DNA of 33,149 bases from assembly GCA_964508215.1 (NCBI GenBank), contig CAZDSI010000011.1:1-33149 (forward strand). The letters run 5' to 3'. This stretch comes from an uncultured Opitutales bacterium. Its GTDB lineage: Bacteria; Verrucomicrobiota; Verrucomicrobiia; Opitutales; UBA9783. A model generated the notes under the pieces. The model saw only the letters and a list, made by a program, of their open reading frames with translations, was not told the DNA's origin and searched no databases. Of this stretch, positions 1 through 8,243 are shown piece after piece. The first letter of the stretch is position 1. The number at the start of each line of letters is the position of its first letter. Both the position numbers and the translations under genes were made by a program.

Positions 1-1452
1 GCAGCTTACCGATGCCCAATTGACCGAGACAAAAAAAAAAACAAAAACGTTTTCTTTGTAATCGTATTTTACCGCTTTCAAGATTTGCACTAAAGAAGTG
101 AGCAATTGGTTGCTTGCGTCGTTAACCTGTTCTTCTACAACGCCTTGTTCGTTTTTTGGATGTTTTTCATCTTTTACTTTTTCCAATAGTGTGATTAGCT
201 CTGCTGTCCATTGAGGTATAGATTCCTTAAAAAGCGAATTGAAAAATTTCTTGCCTTCTTCGGTCGTCCACTGTCCCGTATATACACACACTGTCCGTCC
301 TTTAAGTTCTTTTTTGTTTGTATAGCTTAACCAATCACGGCTGGCCCAATATCCGTCACAATACTTGGCGCATAGCGATAAATATTGTTCAACAAAAGAA
401 CTTTTACTTATAATGAAATCGACAAGCGTTTTCCATGGATTGCCCGGTAATGTTGGGGTGTTTTTTATATTTTCGCTGGCGCGTGTTGATATTGCATGAA
501 AATACTCAACCGTATCGTTGAATTCGCATTTACCAATACCTTGGCTTATGCTGTTTTTTGGTAACCATTGTGCAGCTTTTACCGGTGCTGAAACCAAGGG
601 TTTTGACAAATAAGTCGATAAAGCCGTATTCGGTTTGCTCTTAATATCGAAAGATAAGCGGACGGTAGCATTATCTAACGTTACCGAAAATCCTAGGCCG
701 GCAATTTCTTCAATAAAGGGTTTTAACATTGCATAAAAATCAAATTGTTTAGCAACATCGGCTTTGACGACAGAATTGTCGTTATTATCTTCGTTCCAAA
801 ATCCGTCAAAAACTTGTACGTTCAAATCGGATGATTGCGGCGATTCAAGGAATTGTATGAGCTTTCCAACCGTAACTCTTACTCCTTTTGCAACGGTCGC
901 ATCGTCGCATAAAAAGTACCAACCTCTTTCAACCCTTTCAAACACTAGCTGCTGGAGTCCATTCAAAATCTTGACAACATGAGCGTTGGGTTGTGCTTTA
1001 AACAAGACTACAATGGAACACTTATTTTGTAAGTTGGGGAAAAGAAATACTCCGATGTTATCTTTAGCCGAAATGCCGGGGCAATCGGGTCCTCCGAGTG
1101 CTCCCATTGTCATTAAGGCAAAACTCGATGAAGTATTTGGAGAAACCGTCTCTAGAAATTTTAAATACTTATTTAAAACCGTTGGTAATGGTCCAAATTT
1201 TACATATCCCAGCAACTTTCCTTTAGAGCTGGGCGTCGTCGATTTTGCTGTCGCTGGGGTCGTAACCGTGGTAGTGGTTGGAGCTACAGTTGTTTCACTG
1301 TTAGTGGCCGGCAATGCCGGAGATGCCGGTGTCGCCGGCTGTGGAACTGGGCTTACGGTCTTTTGGCCCTGGGCTAATTCTTCTTGGCCAAAGCCATAAA
1401 GTGCTAAAGTTAAAAATAGTGAAAAGCTACACACCAACTTTCGTAATTTCAT
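1..1452 (-). CDS. Exported hypothetical protein with Pro/Thr-rich N-terminal linker; 3' end runs off the window
   Basis: Read by hand and absent from the ORF track. ATG at 1452 and no in-frame stop down to base 1 (484 codons). N-terminus MKLRKLVCSFSLFLTLALYGFGQEE looks like a Sec signal peptide, followed by PVPQPATPASPALPATNSETTVAPTTTTVTTPATAKSTTP. No family recognised. Confidence 0.85.
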   Translation of the reverse strand, partial: MKLRKLVCSFSLFLTLALYGFGQEELAQGQKTVSPVPQPATPASPALPATNSETTVAPTTTTVTTPATAKSTTPSSKGKLLGYVKFGPLPTVLNKYLKFLETVSPNTSSSFALMTMGALGGPDCPGISAKDNIGVFLFPNLQNKCSIVVLFKAQPNAHVVKILNGLQQLVFERVERGWYFLCDDATVAKGVRVTVGKLIQFLESPQSSDLNVQVFDGFWNEDNNDNSVVKADVAKQFDFYAMLKPFIEEIAGLGFSVTLDNATVRLSFDIKSKPNTALSTYLSKPLVSAPVKAAQWLPKNSISQGIGKCEFNDTVEYFHAISTRASENIKNTPTLPGNPWKTLVDFIISKSSFVEQYLSLCAKYCDGYWASRDWLSYTNKKELKGRTVCVYTGQWTTEEGKKFFNSLFKESIPQWTAELITLLEKVKDEKHPKNEQGVVEEQVNDASNQLLTSLVQILKAVKYDYKENVFVFFFVSVNWASVSC

Positions 1453-1884
1453 AGGCGAAAAATTAACGTATTCTTTCCAAACTGTAAAGGGCAAATAACG
1501 AGATCTAATAAATTGTCTTAATCGAAATAACATCTCCTAATTTTTTAAAAACCAATAGGATACATAACGTAAGGAATAGGCCATAGGAAACCTTTCCTTG
1601 TAAGATAAACAGGATTTCGTGCTAAAAAGCGTCAAGTTAAAAAGCCACCGGGTATTGTGAGCTCTGAAACTGTCGTTGTCTCGGCCTATTGAACGGGAGC
1701 TTGTTTTTCTTTTTTAAAACGTGAAGTTTTTTGTTTCCGCGCAAAAAAATTTCCATCCTTTTGTTTCCAACACGAAGCCTTTGATGTGGCTTTAGTCCTT
1801 TATAAAAAGTATTGGTTTTAATGTTAAAAAACTTGGGTAATTTTTCCGCCGAAATCCTTAAGTTTTACAATAGATGCATATGGC

Positions 1885-3129
1885 TTATGATTTTTTAACT
1901 TCTTCCGGCCTTTTTTCAATAAAAGATAAATAAAGTACAATTACGAGTAAAATCAAAGCGAATAAGTTAAGGGCGTAAAAAGCACTTTTGTAAGAACCGG
2001 TAATGGCTTTCCCAAATGCGAACAGAACGGGACCAAAAGCGTTTAATAAAAGGCTAAACGACAAACTTAAGCTGATAGCTACATTCAGGTGTTCGAGGCC
2101 ATATAGGCGTGACCATGCCGTGTTCATTAAAAACCCAAACAAGGCCCACCCAATTCCTCCAAGGACAATGTAGCTGATCGCCCCAAAACGATTGTTTAGT
2201 TGACTAAAGCTTAATACGTAAAGCATTTGATCCAAAACCAAATAAAGCATAAGTGTTTTTACCTTGATACGCGAAATGCTCATGCTGCTTATTAAGGAAA
2301 GGGACACAATGACAAAAGCCATAAGGAAGACTTTTTGTGCCACGCTAATGGAGGGCATGTTTAATTCTTGTGCAATAGACTCGAGGTGAAAGTAGAATCC
2401 GGAGTTTGTTAAAATCGGAAGTGTAATGGCAAAGTTACAAACCCATATTTCAGGATTTTTTAGTAAACGCCACCACCCTTTATTTTTTGTCGCTTTTTTT
2501 TTGAGAAGATTTTGGAATTCGTTTTCGGTGCTGAACGGTCTTATACAAAAATGTGCGATTGTAGCTAGGATAACATAAGTGGCACATAAAGCATAACAAG
2601 CATGACGCCATCCTATGTTTTTTATAAGCCACAACAATACCATTGGCACCGCCGCACACACAATTGTTCCGGCGGATTCCTGGATGGCTACCATTAAATT
2701 TTGATATCGACCTTCGAATTTTTTGACTACAGACGATCGGCAAGTGGCCACAAGCCAACCTTGTCCTACCCATTGAAGAAACACGAACCCTAAAACCAAC
2801 AGCATTTGAGCCGTGAAATGACTACTAGTAAGGGAAGGGAGAAGGCTGAGGTAAAAAAAACCAAACATTAGCAGGATATTCCCATAAACCAAAGAGCGGC
2901 GAAAGCCTACTTTTGTATACATCATACCAGACAAGTTGGCCAGTAATCCAACAATACAGGTTGATAGGAAGTAGATGGAGCTAACGGTTGTACGCGATAA
3001 CTTTAGATCGACGATGAAAGATTCTGTGAAAACACCAATTCCTACAACATTCGTAAAGGCTGTACCAAGATAACTTAAAACAGATGCTAACAAAATTCCG
3101 GCGGCTCCTTTCTCAAAATTCAACCGCAT
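1885..3129 (-). CDS. MFS transporter (OFA/YhjX-like)
   Basis: 414 aa with about 12 hydrophobic segments; GIGVFTESFIVDLKLSRTTVSSIY and SGMMYTKVGFRR resemble the MFS TM1-TM2 and motif A region. Substrate unknown. Confidence 0.85.
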   Translation of the reverse strand: MRLNFEKGAAGILLASVLSYLGTAFTNVVGIGVFTESFIVDLKLSRTTVSSIYFLSTCIVGLLANLSGMMYTKVGFRRSLVYGNILLMFGFFYLSLLPSLTSSHFTAQMLLVLGFVFLQWVGQGWLVATCRSSVVKKFEGRYQNLMVAIQESAGTIVCAAVPMVLLWLIKNIGWRHACYALCATYVILATIAHFCIRPFSTENEFQNLLKKKATKNKGWWRLLKNPEIWVCNFAITLPILTNSGFYFHLESIAQELNMPSISVAQKVFLMAFVIVSLSLISSMSISRIKVKTLMLYLVLDQMLYVLSFSQLNNRFGAISYIVLGGIGWALFGFLMNTAWSRLYGLEHLNVAISLSLSFSLLLNAFGPVLFAFGKAITGSYKSAFYALNLFALILLVIVLYLSFIEKRPEEVKKS

Positions 3130-3132
3130 ATT

Positions 3133-3798
3133 CTAAAACAATTCTTGTTGGTTCATGTTCTGAAAGTTTCGTTGTCCGTTCGCGCTATGAACAAGTAACC
3201 ATTCCAAACTTGGTGATTGTAAGTCGCGATGCTGCATCAAATTCAGTAATAATACACTGCAAGCCAAGGCGTCGTAAAGTGCACAATGGTATTTTTGGCG
3301 GTTGAGAGGGCAATATTTTTTTGCCAGTGAGTCCAATAAATTACGACACCCAAAAATCTCAATTAAGTCACTGAGTGCAAACTGCCTTAAGTTTGGGAAG
3401 CAGCGTTTATAAAGGAAATAAGTGTCTAGCCAGGGGCCCCATCCGTCAAATGCGGGTGGTACATCTAAAAACCGAGGTACTTTCCCGGGACTGGCCCACT
3501 CATAGCGTAGTAATCGGTCTTCAAATAGTGAATTGTGTGCGCCAAAAGGCCCTAAAGCGCGTTGGCTTAAGAAATATTCTCTTTCATGCGTAAAAGGTAA
3601 GTAAGATAAAGTTTCTTCAAAATCAATACCGTGACAACGGTATTCGTTGATATCAATGGGCGCACGCGCACGACAAAAGCGTGTTTGGGTGCTTACGATC
3701 TGCCCTTTTTCGATCTTCACCAAGCCATATTCAACAACTCCCGATGCTAAACTGCCCTCGAAATCAACAACAAAAATTGGCCAATTTGGACAAAACAC
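3133..3798 (-). CDS. DEDDh 3'-5' exonuclease (DnaQ/epsilon-like family)
   Basis: ExoI VVDFEG, ExoII HNSLFED, ExoIII HCALYDA; ends 3 nt before the MFS start, so probably co-transcribed. Confidence 0.85.
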   Translation of the reverse strand: MFCPNWPIFVVDFEGSLASGVVEYGLVKIEKGQIVSTQTRFCRARAPIDINEYRCHGIDFEETLSYLPFTHEREYFLSQRALGPFGAHNSLFEDRLLRYEWASPGKVPRFLDVPPAFDGWGPWLDTYFLYKRCFPNLRQFALSDLIEIFGCRNLLDSLAKKYCPLNRQKYHCALYDALACSVLLLNLMQHRDLQSPSLEWLLVHSANGQRNFQNMNQQELF

Positions 3799-3844
3799 GC
3801 TTTTGTACTTTTAAGATTAGCTTTTTCTATTAAAACTTAAGAGT

Positions 3845-5281
3845 ATGCAATCGCTTTTTTTATTTCTTTTAAGCGTTCTTTTTTGCACAAGCTTGAGTGC
3901 AAGCTCCCAAAACAGCACGGTAGCCATACTACAAGAAGGCATTAAAACGGAGCCATTTCGGATATTTAGCTTTTTAATGTTTGCGTTGGCTATTTTGCAC
4001 ACTTTCTTGGCCAGTCGGTTTCAACGTCTTTCCGCCGATTTAAAACAAAAACATCGAGAACGCATTCAAAAGGGCGAAGTCCCGGCGAGCAGAGTTTCGT
4101 TTTGGGCCGAATTAACACATTTTTTCGGAGAGGTTGAAGCCATATTTGGACTATGGATATTTCCTCTAATCTTAGGCTATGTTTGGCGTTTTGGGTGGAA
4201 GGAAATGGTACATTACTTTGAGACGCGCAACTACACCGAACCTGTGTTTGTTATTGTTATTATGGCCATTGCTTCAACACGGCCCGTATTGCGATTCGCC
4301 GAATATTGTCTACAGGGCATTGTGTGCCTCATTGGGGGAAACAAACCCTCTTGCTGGTGGTTTGCAATACTAATTGTTGCACCTTTATTGGGTTCTTTTA
4401 TTACGGAACCGGCGGCAATGACCATTGGAGCATTACTTTTGTCAAAACATATTTATGAGTTAAAACCGTCAAAGGCTTTTTCCTACAGTACCTTAGGACT
4501 TTTATTTGTAAACGTGTCGGTTGGCGGGGTTTTAACAAATTTTGCGGCTCCGCCGGTATTAATGGTTGCCCATCGATGGGGTTGGAGCACAGTTTTTATG
4601 TTTAAACATTTTGGTTGGGAAGCTACGACGGGAATTGTACTGGCAACGATTTGTTATGGACTAATCTTTACCAAAGAACTTAAGCGGCTGAACACACAAA
4701 AACCCAAAACTAAACATTTTGAAAGAGAAATTGATCGAGTACCCTTTGCGGTAATTACGGTACACTTGCTTTTTTTATGCTGGACTGTGATCAATGCACA
4801 TTCCTTGCCGCTTATTTTGGGTGGTCTTTTATTTTTTCTGGCTTTTCTGAAAACAACAGCTCACTATCAGCAAAATTTTTCGATACGCGGGCCTTTAATG
4901 GTTGGATTTTTTCTTGCCAGCCTTGTAACCCACGGTGGATTGCAATCCTGGTGGATACAGCCTGTCTTAAGTGCAATGAGCGAGCAAGCATTGTTTTGGG
5001 GTGCAACATTTTTGACATCTTTCAACGATAACGCTGCTATCACGTATTTAGCTTCATTGGTAGAAGGATTTAGAGATAATTTTGCATTTCAAAAGGCCGT
5101 TGTTGGGGGAGCTGTTGTTGGGGGCGGGTTAACAGTTATTGCAAACGCTCCAAATCCTGCCGGACAATCGCTTCTGTCAAAATACTTCCAAAATGGCATT
5201 GTGTCACCGCTTTATCTTGCGCTTTCGGCTGTCCTGCCAACACTTTTTATGGCGTTAGCATTTCGCTGCCTGACTCTTTAA
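3845..5281 (+). CDS. Putative Na+/H+ antiporter (DUF1504 / ion transporter superfamily)
   Basis: 478 aa polytopic membrane protein with GEVEAIFGLW, SFITEPAAMT, NFAAPPVLMVA, TSFNDNAA and GLTVIANAPNPAG, motifs I recognise from the DUF1504 family. Confidence 0.8.
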   Translation: MQSLFLFLLSVLFCTSLSASSQNSTVAILQEGIKTEPFRIFSFLMFALAILHTFLASRFQRLSADLKQKHRERIQKGEVPASRVSFWAELTHFFGEVEAIFGLWIFPLILGYVWRFGWKEMVHYFETRNYTEPVFVIVIMAIASTRPVLRFAEYCLQGIVCLIGGNKPSCWWFAILIVAPLLGSFITEPAAMTIGALLLSKHIYELKPSKAFSYSTLGLLFVNVSVGGVLTNFAAPPVLMVAHRWGWSTVFMFKHFGWEATTGIVLATICYGLIFTKELKRLNTQKPKTKHFEREIDRVPFAVITVHLLFLCWTVINAHSLPLILGGLLFFLAFLKTTAHYQQNFSIRGPLMVGFFLASLVTHGGLQSWWIQPVLSAMSEQALFWGATFLTSFNDNAAITYLASLVEGFRDNFAFQKAVVGGAVVGGGLTVIANAPNPAGQSLLSKYFQNGIVSPLYLALSAVLPTLFMALAFRCLTL

Positions 5282-5430
5282 TTTCCTCCTTATTGCTTTT
5301 AACAGCTGATAAATCGGGGGAAAACTGGTGTTTTGGCAAGCCTAGATTTGGAATCGACTTCGTACGGTTTTTTTTAAACTTACCGTAATACTTTACATTT
5401 TTTACTATAAAAATATGTAATTAATATGAA

Positions 5431-6732
5431 ATGAAACGCATCCAAATTGGTGTATTTGCTTGTTTGTTGGGCTCGGTTTTGTGGTTCGTATGGCATTGTA
5501 AATCAGTAGATCGTACCTTAAATATCCTGCCGATAACACCTCAAGAACGTGAAGCTATCCAGAAAATTGGTGAAAGCTCCAAAGATTATCTCTTGGTTCA
5601 GGCTTTTACCGAAGAAAAAGCCTTCCGTTTGGCTTCTTATAAGGTCTTAATGTTGCTGAGCCAATCCGTTGCCGAGGCTTACCAAGAGAGGGTTCAAGCC
5701 GACGGGAAATGTTTTCAACAACAATTAAAAAGGGATTGTATTACCCAAATTTCTAACGACTTGAAAATAGTAGAAAAATTAGGAGATTATAAGGGTCTAG
5801 AGGGTAATACTTATTCGTTTGAAACGCACAAACTACGAGAAATATTGAAGGAAACAAAAAGATTTGTTCAAAAAAACTTCAACGATTTGGTTACACACAA
5901 CTGGATGAAAAAATACCCCGTTGATTTCCAAAAAATTTGCCTAATGGGTGGTCAAAAAGATAGTAAGTATAATTTCGAAGACATTCAGGGGTCAATGGTT
6001 GCCCTCAATATTAGATCTGCTTTGATTGTCTTGGATCATTTATTGCAGAAGAGATTTTTTCAGTTATGTCCTATGGGAGAAAACCCTCTTGTTCATGCAA
6101 CCGCTCTTCCAAATAAGTTGTTCGAACAAAAAAGAGTTGATCTTAAAAATTTTACCTGGCTTTACAAGGATGAGAATTTGCCCGGAGAGTTGATGTACCC
6201 TCATCAAGGTTACGCGATGCGTGGATATGTCGATGACAAAAAATATTTTTACGATGGAGTGGCGAAGAAAGCGTTTGGTCCGATAGATTGTTCTGCGTGG
6301 ATTTGCCAACTTATTGGCTCAAAATCCCTTGCGGCAACTGCTCATTTTTATGCTTTGTTTAACCGAAAATTTTCGCTGGGCCAAACTCGTTTTGAAAGAG
6401 AGAAAGATAACGTCATGTTAGAGGATCTTGCCCAATGTGTAGAGCCAGTAAAAGTTGATAACATTGGCGATCTAAAGCCAGGGATGATTGTTGCCTTTCG
6501 AACATTTGATACCGACGAAGATCCAAGAATGGAAGGGCTTGGTAATTCTGGACATATTGCCTTAGTTATTCAAGCGACAAAAACGGAACTTATCGTATTG
6601 GAAAGGACACGACATCTTCCTATGTATTCTGGGTTTGGCCTCCGAAAAATTCCTTTTAAAACCCCGAATAAAAATACACGACAGTTTTATTTTAAGTTCA
6701 GTCGAAATTTAGCACAGACAAATAAAAATTAA
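5431..6732 (+). CDS. Membrane-anchored or exported protein with C-terminal NlpC/P60-like (papain-fold) domain
   Basis: N-terminal hydrophobic helix; C-terminal IDCSAWICQ, DLKPGMIVAF, GHIALV, IVLE follow the order of the NlpC/P60 Cys-His-polar triad motifs. The N-terminal ~270 aa are unassigned. Confidence 0.55.
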   Translation: MKRIQIGVFACLLGSVLWFVWHCKSVDRTLNILPITPQEREAIQKIGESSKDYLLVQAFTEEKAFRLASYKVLMLLSQSVAEAYQERVQADGKCFQQQLKRDCITQISNDLKIVEKLGDYKGLEGNTYSFETHKLREILKETKRFVQKNFNDLVTHNWMKKYPVDFQKICLMGGQKDSKYNFEDIQGSMVALNIRSALIVLDHLLQKRFFQLCPMGENPLVHATALPNKLFEQKRVDLKNFTWLYKDENLPGELMYPHQGYAMRGYVDDKKYFYDGVAKKAFGPIDCSAWICQLIGSKSLAATAHFYALFNRKFSLGQTRFEREKDNVMLEDLAQCVEPVKVDNIGDLKPGMIVAFRTFDTDEDPRMEGLGNSGHIALVIQATKTELIVLERTRHLPMYSGFGLRKIPFKTPNKNTRQFYFKFSRNLAQTNKN

Positions 6733-6846
6733 GCCATAATTTGATGAGGCAAATTATATTCGCAATAAATTGTTAACTTAATTTATTTGCCGAACTCTAC
6801 TATTTTTATTAAAAGTGTGTAAACACACCTTTACGCTTTTTACAGT

Positions 6847-7848
6847 ATGATGAGAATACTAACGGGATTGATGTTTGGCTTATCATCGGTTTTTTTACAC
6901 GGTGGAATTATAAAAATAAATTCTTCGCTAGATAAATTTGATGGCCAAATTGCTGTGTTTTTTTGCGGGCACGTTTCGAGAGAAAAGGCCAGCGATCTAA
7001 GGCTGGAGACCGACCTTGGGCAAAATCATTTTCACGAAGCTTGCTATTGTATCGACCCAAATAACGAAAAAAATCCCGATCTATGCGGTCATATCCTTGA
7101 TCCCGAGGTGCAAGAATATCTAAAACACAATGGGGCTGAGAAATTTCAATTTGTCCTTGTGGAACACCCACCGGCCATAGGTGTCCTTGAGGTTCCAAGT
7201 TTTCTCGAAACTGTTTACACTATGTTGGCCCCCGGAGGAGCACTGGTACTTCCCATTGATCTGCCATTAAGGACCGGTAAAGACATTATTTTCTCTCCCT
7301 GCTTCAACGGAGAATGCTTAGCATTTCCAGTGTCCTTCAACATGAGTAGTTTTAAGGCTTATGTTGACAAATTTAATACAAAATTAGGCCTTTACATAAA
7401 GGCAGATCCACTTACATGGCAAACACTAGAGGATATACAGGCCTACCAAAGTGGCCTGTATTCACAGTTACATGGATCTTCTCGGTTTTTGAAAACGATG
7501 TGGCCCGATATACTTTTGGATCGGCTCGAAGGTAAGCTTATTCCCGTTCCTGCGTGGCCATTTCTTCCGTTACTGCAAAGATCTTTTTACGCCAAGTACT
7601 TTGAAACGTTAAAATCCTTAGGCTTTATTCCAATGTTAAATTATCACGACATTAATCAGCCTGACTATATTGAAATATTATGTTCTTATGCTGCGGCAGC
7701 GAAGATACCAGCGAAATGTTTTAAAATGCGTATCGGCTGCTTTTCAGGGTTACTATGTTTGTCTTGTAAGTGTGGGTGTGAACAATTGTCTCTTTTTAGC
7801 AATGGGCTTTTTAAGACAATGACCTTGAGGTGTATTAAGCCTTTTTAA
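6847..7848 (+). CDS. Hypothetical exported protein with class I SAM-methyltransferase-like domain
   Basis: Signal-like N-terminus; VFFCGH (degenerate motif I), CIDPNNEKNPDL, FQFVLVEHPP and FLETVYTMLAPGGALVLP (LxPGG motif); Cys-rich C-terminus. Confidence 0.45.
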   Translation: MMRILTGLMFGLSSVFLHGGIIKINSSLDKFDGQIAVFFCGHVSREKASDLRLETDLGQNHFHEACYCIDPNNEKNPDLCGHILDPEVQEYLKHNGAEKFQFVLVEHPPAIGVLEVPSFLETVYTMLAPGGALVLPIDLPLRTGKDIIFSPCFNGECLAFPVSFNMSSFKAYVDKFNTKLGLYIKADPLTWQTLEDIQAYQSGLYSQLHGSSRFLKTMWPDILLDRLEGKLIPVPAWPFLPLLQRSFYAKYFETLKSLGFIPMLNYHDINQPDYIEILCSYAAAAKIPAKCFKMRIGCFSGLLCLSCKCGCEQLSLFSNGLFKTMTLRCIKPF

Positions 7849-7953
7849 TATGAAGCTAAGGGAAATAACCAAGGCTACAGACAGGTGACGCCATAATATT
7901 CCAGTTATCCAACAGCTAAGGATTAAAAATATTGTTAGCGGAAACACAAGTTT

Positions 7954-7970
7954 AGCGATAATTTATCGCT
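7954..7970. repeat. Perfect 8-1-8 palindrome AGCGATAA-T-TTATCGCT
   Basis: Read directly; lies 29 nt past the 3' end of tRNA-Gly. Function unknown (hairpin or dimeric-protein binding site). Confidence 0.7.
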
Positions 7971-7998
7971 CATCTTTGCTATTGATTTTTGGTCGACT

Positions 7999-8072
7999 TG
8001 GTGCGGGTGGACGGAATCGAACCGACGAATCCAGCTTGGAAGGCTGGAGTTTTACCACTAAACTACACCCGC
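7999..8072 (-). tRNA. tRNA-Gly (anticodon TCC), CCA encoded
   Basis: GCGGGTG TA GTTT AGTGGTA AAAC T CCAGC CTTCCAA GCTGG ATTC GTCGG TTCGATT CCGTC CACCCGC A CCA; 74-nt cloverleaf with G1-C72, C2-G71, G3-C70. Confidence 0.97.
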
Positions 8073-8243
8073 TTGCAAGAATACTTAAGAAATACAAAAA
8101 TCTTTTAAGTTTTACAGGTCAAGCAATTTTAACGTCTTCGGATAATTAATTTATTTTTTTGAGAAGTACAAGAATTTGGGTGCACCTTTTGTTATTGTAC
8201 GCATCCGTCTCATTAAGGCTTATATTTTTCCGATTAAAATAAA

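Noticed and set aside
764-1399. Plus-strand ORFs 764-982 and 986-1399
   Set aside because: Antisense shadows of the long minus-strand ORF 1-1452.
1640-1792. AAAGCCAC/GTGGCTTT inverted repeat and a GAGCTC stem in the 432-nt spacer as a possible ncRNA or riboswitch
   Set aside because: Only 6-8 bp of pairing, and no 6S, SRP or glycine-riboswitch consensus that I could match. An Rfam/Infernal scan would settle it.
3451-3459. TGCGGGTGG matching the tRNA-Gly 3' end as a possible att site
   Set aside because: Only 9 nt, inside the exonuclease CDS, and no integrase in the window.
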